Made by a program: the position numbers and the translations under genes
Shown here: positions 55,011 to 59,862 of the stretch, in pieces
Layout: every line of letters starts with the position of its first letter
How positions within the stretch are numbered: the first letter of the stretch is position 1
Source: a bacterium
GTDB taxonomy: Bacteria; Patescibacteriota; Patescibacteriia; UBA9934
Assembly: GCA_043818555.1 (NCBI GenBank)
Contig: JBDRFP010000019.1
Coordinates: 1-59,862, forward strand
Direction of reading: 5' to 3'
Length of the DNA: 59,862 nt
Notes under the pieces: model-generated
What the model was told of the DNA's origin: nothing
The model's database searches: none
The model's input: only the letters and a program-made list of their open reading frames with translations

Positions 55011-56822
55011 ATGATAGAAAAAAAGACTGCCCCGCGCAGTGGAGCAAGACGCTCCCGAAAGCGCAGAGCCCGACCGGGACAAAACAAAAAAAACCAACAG
55101 CCAAAAACCCCTTTTAAGAAAACGGCTGTCAAAACATTTCACGCGCCTACCGGAGACAAGGTGCGCGTAATGGCTCTTGGCGGGCTTGAAGAAGTCGGAC
55201 GCAACTGTACTCTGATTGAGTACAAAAACGACATTATCCTTATTGACATGGGGCTGCAGTTCCCAGAAGAGGATATGCCCGGCGTTGACTACATTATCCC
55301 AAACATGAGCTACCTCAAGGGCAAGGAAAAAAATGTTCGCGGCGTGATTATTACTCACGGACACCTAGACCACATTGGCGCAATTCCTCACACAGTGCCA
55401 AGCATTGGCAACCCGCCGGTTTATGCGCTCCCGATTTCGGCAGGAATCATTAAAAGGCGTCAGACCGACTTCCAGAGCTCAAAGGTAAATGTTAAAAATA
55501 TCGAAGCTACCTCTGTATTGAAGCTCGGAGCTTTTAAGGTTCACTTCTTCCACATTAATCACAACATACCTGACTCTGTCGGAATTATTGTGGAAACCCC
55601 GGCAGGAATTATTGTGCACACCGGTGACTGGAAATTCGACTACCACCCGGTAGGAACCCAGCCGGCTGACTTTCACAAGATTGCATCGCTCGGGGCTGCG
55701 GGCGTGCTGCTTCTAATGGGAGACTCTACTAACGCTCCGTCGCCCGGACATCAGACTTCGGAAAAAGTGATTGGCGAAGAGCTCAGGGGCATACTTGAAA
55801 AGGCCAAGGGGCGCGTGATAATCGGAACCTTTTCTTCACTGCTCTCGCGCGTTAAACAAATCATTGAAATCTCCGAACAGCTTGGCCGCAAGGTGGCGCT
55901 CGATGGATACTCAATGAAAACAAACGTTGAAATTGCGCGAGAACTTGGATACATCCATGTGAGCTCAAAAACACTGATCCCAATCGATAGTATCCGCAAC
56001 CACCCCGACGACAAAGTAACAATAATCTGTACCGGAGCTCAGGGCGAAAGGCGCGCTGCGCTGACGCGGATTGCAAACGACGAGCACCGCGACATTAAAA
56101 TCAAACCCGGAGACACTGTAATCTTCTCAAGCTCAATTGTGCCTGGAAACGAGCGGTCGGTTCAGCGCCTTAAGGATACGTTCTACAGAAAGAAAGCGAT
56201 TGTGCTGCATAAAGACATTCTTGACGTTCACGCCGGCGGCCATGCAAAAAAAGAAGACATCAAGCTAATGCTCTCGCTCATGAAGCCAAAGTACTACATG
56301 CCGATTGAGGGCAATCACTTCCTACTTTGTGAAAACGCAGAGGTCGCCTATGAAATGGGCTGGAAGCAAAATGAGGTCTTTGTTGCAGACAACGGCCAGG
56401 TCGTGGAGCTTTGGAAGGACAGCAAAGGCGGAAGCGCGCGACTAACCAACGAGAAGGTGCCGACAGATTACATATTTGTGGACGGCCTTGGAGTTGGAGA
56501 TGTGTCGCAGGTGGTTCTGCGCGACCGCAAGGTGCTTGCCGAAGACGGGATGGTGATGGTGATTGTGCAGGTCAGGCGTCAAAGTGGCAAGCTGGTCGGC
56601 ATGCCCGACATTGTAAGCCGTGGGTTCGTGCATATGAAGGAGAACAAAAAACTCATTAACGAAACCCGAAGCCTTGTACAAAAACTGATGGTTGACAACG
56701 ACCCCAAATCGCAAGCAGACCCGTCAAACATCCGCAACAATATCCGCGATGAAGTTGGAAAATTCTTGTTCAAAAAAACCGAACGCAGGCCAATGATACT
56801 GCCGGTTGTGATTGAAGTTTAA
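55011..56822 (+). CDS. rnj: ribonuclease J
   Basis: Metallo-beta-lactamase HGHLDHIGA, a beta-CASP region, and the RNase J C-terminal domain. A basic ~40-aa N-terminal extension is present. Confidence 0.9.
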   Translation: MIEKKTAPRSGARRSRKRRARPGQNKKNQQPKTPFKKTAVKTFHAPTGDKVRVMALGGLEEVGRNCTLIEYKNDIILIDMGLQFPEEDMPGVDYIIPNMSYLKGKEKNVRGVIITHGHLDHIGAIPHTVPSIGNPPVYALPISAGIIKRRQTDFQSSKVNVKNIEATSVLKLGAFKVHFFHINHNIPDSVGIIVETPAGIIVHTGDWKFDYHPVGTQPADFHKIASLGAAGVLLLMGDSTNAPSPGHQTSEKVIGEELRGILEKAKGRVIIGTFSSLLSRVKQIIEISEQLGRKVALDGYSMKTNVEIARELGYIHVSSKTLIPIDSIRNHPDDKVTIICTGAQGERRAALTRIANDEHRDIKIKPGDTVIFSSSIVPGNERSVQRLKDTFYRKKAIVLHKDILDVHAGGHAKKEDIKLMLSLMKPKYYMPIEGNHFLLCENAEVAYEMGWKQNEVFVADNGQVVELWKDSKGGSARLTNEKVPTDYIFVDGLGVGDVSQVVLRDRKVLAEDGMVMVIVQVRRQSGKLVGMPDIVSRGFVHMKENKKLINETRSLVQKLMVDNDPKSQADPSNIRNNIRDEVGKFLFKKTERRPMILPVVIEV

Positions 56823-56870
56823 GCCTGAAGTGATTGAGTTATTGAGTGGTTGAGTAATTAAGTAAAGCGA

Positions 56871-56897
56871 AAGACGAGTCGGAAGGCTCGTTTTTTG
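56871..56897 (+). terminator. rnj terminator
   Basis: aagacgag-tcggaagg-ctcgtttttt hairpin plus T-run, flanked by B-family word arrays at 56829-56868 and 56936-56970. Confidence 0.65.
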
Positions 56898-56977
56898 CTT
56901 ATAAACTCTTATTGTTGCTATAATATCGCTATGGCAACTCAGTCACTAAATCACTCAGTCACTAAATCACTTCTGAT

Positions 56978-57958
56978 ATGCGCGTACTGACCGGAATCCA
57001 ACCAACTAACATCCTCCACATCGGCAACCTTTTTGGCGCGCTTATTCCCGCTACCGAACTTCAACGAGACAATGACGTCTTTATGATGATCGCTGACTAC
57101 CATGCGATTACCGTCCCACAGAGCCCGGAGGATTTGCGAGACAATATACTTTTCACCACTGCGGCCTATATCGCGGCCGGCATTGACCCAAAGCGAACGG
57201 TGCTGTTCCAGCAGTCACAGGTGTCCGCGCACACCGAGCTTGGCTGGATCCTCCAGTGCTCTGCCCGCATGGGCGAGGCTGAGCGGATGACTCAGTTCAA
57301 AGACAAGGCGCGAGGCAAGGCGGAAAATGTTTCAGTCGGTCTATTTACATACCCGGTTTTGATGGCTGCTGATATTTTACTTTACGGAACAGAAGTTGTG
57401 CCGGTTGGCGCTGATCAAAAACAGCATGTTGAACTTGCGCGCGACTTGGCGGAAAGGTTTAACCGTGACTTTGGCGACACATTCGTTGTTCCGGAGCCGA
57501 TGATTAAAACCCATGGTGCCCGTTTAAAGTCACTTAGCGACCCAGAAGTAAAAATGAGCAAAAGCGCTGCCAGCTCAAAAAGTTTTATTTCAATAATGGA
57601 CACTGCCGACATCATTGCCAAGAAGATTCGCTCAGCAGTAACTGATTCAGAACCCGGCGTACGCGTGGATGACAATCGGCTAGGGCTTTTAAACCTGCTT
57701 ACCATTTACAGCCTTGTAACAGAAGAAACTATGACCAGCGTTGCAGAACGCTACGACGGCAAAGGCATTAAAGACCTGAAAGACGACTTAGCCGAGGCGC
57801 TCGCGATGTACTTGGTGCCACTTCAGGCAGAGATTAAAGGGTTGATGGAAAACCGCGACGAGCTGGTAGATATTATTAGAATTGGTTCAGAGGCTGCAGC
57901 CGAGGTGGCGAACAAGAAACTAACAGATGTAAAAAATAAGCTTGGCATCGCATTTTGA
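56978..57958 (+). CDS. trpS: tryptophan--tRNA ligase
   Basis: GIQPTNILHIGNLFGAL (HIGH-type) and KMSKS. 326 aa. Confidence 0.95.
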   Translation: MRVLTGIQPTNILHIGNLFGALIPATELQRDNDVFMMIADYHAITVPQSPEDLRDNILFTTAAYIAAGIDPKRTVLFQQSQVSAHTELGWILQCSARMGEAERMTQFKDKARGKAENVSVGLFTYPVLMAADILLYGTEVVPVGADQKQHVELARDLAERFNRDFGDTFVVPEPMIKTHGARLKSLSDPEVKMSKSAASSKSFISIMDTADIIAKKIRSAVTDSEPGVRVDDNRLGLLNLLTIYSLVTEETMTSVAERYDGKGIKDLKDDLAEALAMYLVPLQAEIKGLMENRDELVDIIRIGSEAAAEVANKKLTDVKNKLGIAF

Positions 57959-58009
57959 GTCCTATAGGTCAAATTTATCCAATGGGACCTATTTCAATAT
58001 AAAGCCTGC

Positions 58010-58038
58010 TTGACAAAGCGGGTTTTATATTTTAGACT
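58010..58038 (+). promoter_or_regulatory. sigma70-like promoter of cassette I7
   Basis: TTGACA (58010-58015), 17-nt spacer, TAGACT (58033-58038). The -35 element lies in the loop of the trpS terminator-like hairpin aaagcctgc..gcgggtttt. Confidence 0.5.
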
Positions 58039-58110
58039 CTCCCTATCGCCCTCCCGGGGGAAGGCGATACAACGGTCAGTCCCCAACAACCAGCTGCAAA
58101 AGGTGTAGTA

Positions 58111-58743
58111 GTGGAAACCTCCCGCCAACCTCCCGCCTCCTCATTCGATGGAGGCTCGACCGCTTCTCCTGGCCACCCGGCCACAGCCCCGCGTTCATTG
58201 CGCCATACGCAAACGCCCCGAGACCGCCGCGATGTGCTCTCCAAGGCCATCCGCGACAAGATCGGCGACGGCGCGAAGATCGACTGCAAGACCGGGGCCA
58301 TGCTCGCGATCACGGTCAAGATGGTCGAGCTGTTCGGCTACGACGGGAAAAGCATGGATGCGCTCGAAACCTTCGCCGATCGCGCAATGGGTCACGAGTT
58401 CAGGAACCTGGACGAATTCGCCAGTGCTCTCCCCGACCTCGGCCCGGCGCAGGCCCTGGTGCTCAAGAACCGACTTCATGTCCTGCCCGCAACCGAACCT
58501 GGCAGCGTGCAGGCCGCAATGGCAAACTTCGTCGAGAGGTTCGCCGTGCGGTACCCTGACGCCATCGCCCTTTGGGAGCGCGCACTCGACCGCATCGCAA
58601 GCGGCGAGATCGCCAACCACGCCGCGCTCGCGAGGGCGCTGCCCGTGTACTTCCAGAACACGTGCCTGGCAGATGGAGAGCTCACTGCCGCAAGCAGCCG
58701 CGCCTTTCACGGCAACGGCCGCAAGCTCCAGTCTCTGATCTAG
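58111..58743 (+). CDS. hypothetical protein, 210 aa (GC-rich cassette I7)
   Basis: GTG at 58111 follows AAGGTG. Among three overlapping long ORFs, this frame has the strongest GC3 bias. A terminator follows. No family recognised, and the start is uncertain. Confidence 0.6.
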   Translation: METSRQPPASSFDGGSTASPGHPATAPRSLRHTQTPRDRRDVLSKAIRDKIGDGAKIDCKTGAMLAITVKMVELFGYDGKSMDALETFADRAMGHEFRNLDEFASALPDLGPAQALVLKNRLHVLPATEPGSVQAAMANFVERFAVRYPDAIALWERALDRIASGEIANHAALARALPVYFQNTCLADGELTAASSRAFHGNGRKLQSLI

Positions 58744-58761
58744 CCGACCCGCTCGGCACCC

Positions 58762-58790
58762 GTGCCCCCAGACGCAAGTCCGGGGGCATT
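58762..58790 (+). terminator. terminator of cassette I7
   Basis: gcccccagac-GCAA-gtccgggggc hairpin followed by atttatt. Confidence 0.7.
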
Positions 58791-58795
58791 TATTA

Positions 58796-58824
58796 TTGAC
58801 AAAATCGACCAAATATGCTATTAT
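58796..58824 (+). promoter_or_regulatory. rnpB promoter
   Basis: TTGACA (58796-58801), 17-nt spacer, TATTAT (58819-58824). This places the TSS about 7 nt downstream, at the 5' strand of P1. Confidence 0.6.
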
Positions 58825-59014
58825 TCACGAGTTCAGGAAACAAGACAATCGCTTCAAGCTTGGCTTGATGAGGAAAGTCCGAACACCGCATGCGTGGTAA
58901 CGCGCATGTAAAAAAGAGCGTTGCTAACGGCAACCGGGCGAGTGTAATTTGAGGAATTAGATCTATTCCTTGATAGCGTGAAGCCTAGGGAAAGTGCCAC
59001 AGAGACAATACTAA

Positions 59015-59165
59015 CCAGTGCTTCGCACTGGAATGATCAATGACCGAATATTCAATCTCCAATGAATACCCAATGTTTAATAACCAATGAAAATTGGGAA
59101 TTGAGAATTGGAAATTCATAGAGAATTGAAACTTGGAAATTGGACATTCCGATGCGGAGCATCGG
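59015..59165 (+). repeat. A-family-derived insert 1 inside rnpB (P12 position)
   Basis: 151 nt, bounded by the hairpins ccagtgc-ttc-gcactgg and ccgatgc-gga-gcatcgg. The core consists of ccaat / attgg words. Confidence 0.85.
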
Positions 59166-59317
59166 TGAAACGTGAAAAGTTCGATGGTGTCGCTTGCGGC
59201 TACATCGATCGCCCCGTGGTGACGCGGTGGCGTGGTAAACCCACTCTGGTGAAAGAGCAAATTTGGTAGCTCGATTGAGGCGTCTGGCAACAGGCGTCCT
59301 AGACAAATGATTGTCAG

Positions 59318-59468
59318 CCAGTGCTTCGCACTGGAATGCTCAATGACTAAACATCCAATCTCCAATGAATCCCCAATGTCCAATAACCAATTAAGATTGG
59401 GAATTGAGAATTGGAAATTCATTGGGAATTGGAACTTGGAAATTGGACATTCCGATGCGGAGCATCGG
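59318..59468 (+). repeat. A-family-derived insert 2 inside rnpB (between the P2 and P4 3' strands)
   Basis: 151 nt, with 13 substitutions and no indels relative to insert 1 (hand alignment). It shares ccaatgaatccccaatg and attcattgggaattgg with intergenic copy A2. Confidence 0.85.
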
Positions 59469-59508
59469 CCTACAGAATTCGGCTTATTCGTTTCCTGAAC
59501 ATCAAAAA

Positions 59509-59535
59509 AACTCACGCAAGTGAGTTCTTTTGTTT
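59509..59535 (+). terminator. rnpB terminator
   Basis: aaaaaactcac-GCAA-gtgagttcttttg. Confidence 0.7.
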
Positions 59536-59540
59536 ATAAA

Positions 59541-59574
59541 GAAATTCCCCACACCTTCTTGCGAAGGTGTGGGG
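59541..59574 (-). terminator. terminator of cassette I8
   Basis: ccccacaccttc-GCAA(rc)-gaaggtgtgggg is a 12-bp stem, followed by aatttcttt on the minus strand. Confidence 0.75.
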
Positions 59575-59590
59575 AAGAGAACGCAGGAGA

Positions 59591-59862
59591 TCAGGTCACA
59601 GGTACTACTACACTCCCGCGGGAGACAACGCCATCGCACGAGTTCCTGACCTCAACGTGATTGGCGCTTAAGCTAGGCTGCGAGAAGCCGAACCAGCCCG
59701 CGTCGGGCGCGCTGACCTCGTCGTAACGCGAGCCTGGCAGATCTACGCCATGGTGTCGGAGAACTTTCTCGTGCTCAACCGGCAGGTGGAGGCCTTCGCA
59801 GGTAACGAGTCCATACTCGTCGTCCGCGTGGTTGTCCATCCACCAGGCGACCGTGTGGTCGG
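59591..59862 (-). CDS. hypothetical protein, N-terminus possibly outside window (GC-rich cassette I8)
   Basis: The frame stays open to the window edge beyond the ATG at 59839. Codons are GC3-rich. The stop at 59591 is followed by the terminator. No family recognised. Confidence 0.55.
   Translation of the reverse strand, partial: DHTVAWWMDNHADDEYGLVTCEGLHLPVEHEKVLRHHGVDLPGSRYDEVSAPDAGWFGFSQPSLSANHVEVRNSCDGVVSRGSVVVPVT

Larger units (their letters stand above)
58829..59503 (+). ncRNA. rnpB: RNase P RNA (bacterial type A core) with two 151-nt insertions
   Basis: P1 is gttcaggaaac / gtttcctgaac (58831-41 / 59490-500). P2 is gacaatc / gattgtc. Also present are the P4 5' strand GAGGAAAGTCCGAA (58870-), GTGCCACAGAGACAA, GGTAAACCCAC, P18 with a GCAA loop, and ACAGAATTCGGCTTAT (59472-). 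The AA/TT covariation in P4 relative to E. coli (GG/CC) supports the fold. Confidence 0.85.

Noticed and set aside
56823-56977. T-box leaders upstream of the tRNA synthetase genes (also 36533-36680, 33747-33871, 32445-32537)
   Set aside because: No T-box consensus (..GGTGGTACCGCG..) or specifier-loop architecture was found. The gaps contain word-repeat hairpins, terminators and simple promoters.
58148-58812. Two additional ~200-aa ORFs (58148-58738 plus strand, 58195-58812 minus strand) overlapping the cassette I7 gene
   Set aside because: This is the same GC artefact. Their products are Arg/Pro/Ser-rich with no SD. The chosen frame (58111-58743) matches the promoter, SD and terminator orientation. 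The frame choice is still only moderately certain.

Overview
This 59.9-kb window reads like a small-genome, Patescibacteria/CPR-type bacterium. That is an inference from gene content only, since no database search was possible. The backbone is mid-GC and mostly on the minus strand. It carries housekeeping genes: rsmA, tsaC, prfB, groES/groEL, yidC, nusA, argS, tyrS, valS, trpS, cca, uvrA, rplS, secG, rnj, an rluD-like gene, 5 tRNAs and rnpB. It also carries envelope and surface genes: a 3,024-aa Cys-rich secreted giant protein, a TSP3-repeat anchor protein, a VirB2/TrbC-like pilin-domain protein, an O-antigen-ligase-like protein and a UPF0104-like protein. The standard genetic code fits all conserved genes.

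Four things stand out.
(1) At least eight GC-rich gene cassettes with no recognisable family lie between housekeeping genes, tRNAs and rnpB (1-713, 17719-18669, 24766-25560, 28711-29197, 39613-41915, 43731-44743, 58010-58790, 59541-end). Five of the six cassettes whose upstream region is in the window have a perfect TTGACA-N17 promoter, and all eight end in a C-run..G-run hairpin terminator. No integrase or transposase is visible. The 39.6-41.9 kb cassette is a three-gene unit with duplicated 17-bp inverted-repeat operator-like modules.
(2) A ~304-bp element with 20-bp terminal inverted repeats carries a GIY-YIG nuclease ORF. It is present twice, each time inserted exactly on the TATG of a host start codon.
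(3) The RNase P RNA gene is ~675 nt long and carries two 151-nt paralogous copies of the genome's CCAAT/ATTGG palindromic repeat in peripheral helix positions.
(4) Most intergenic regions are built from inverted arrays of short stuttered words belonging to at least 10 recurring families. The same words run into coding termini (NusA, L19, ValS).

No rRNA, CRISPR array, integrase or classical IS was recognised.
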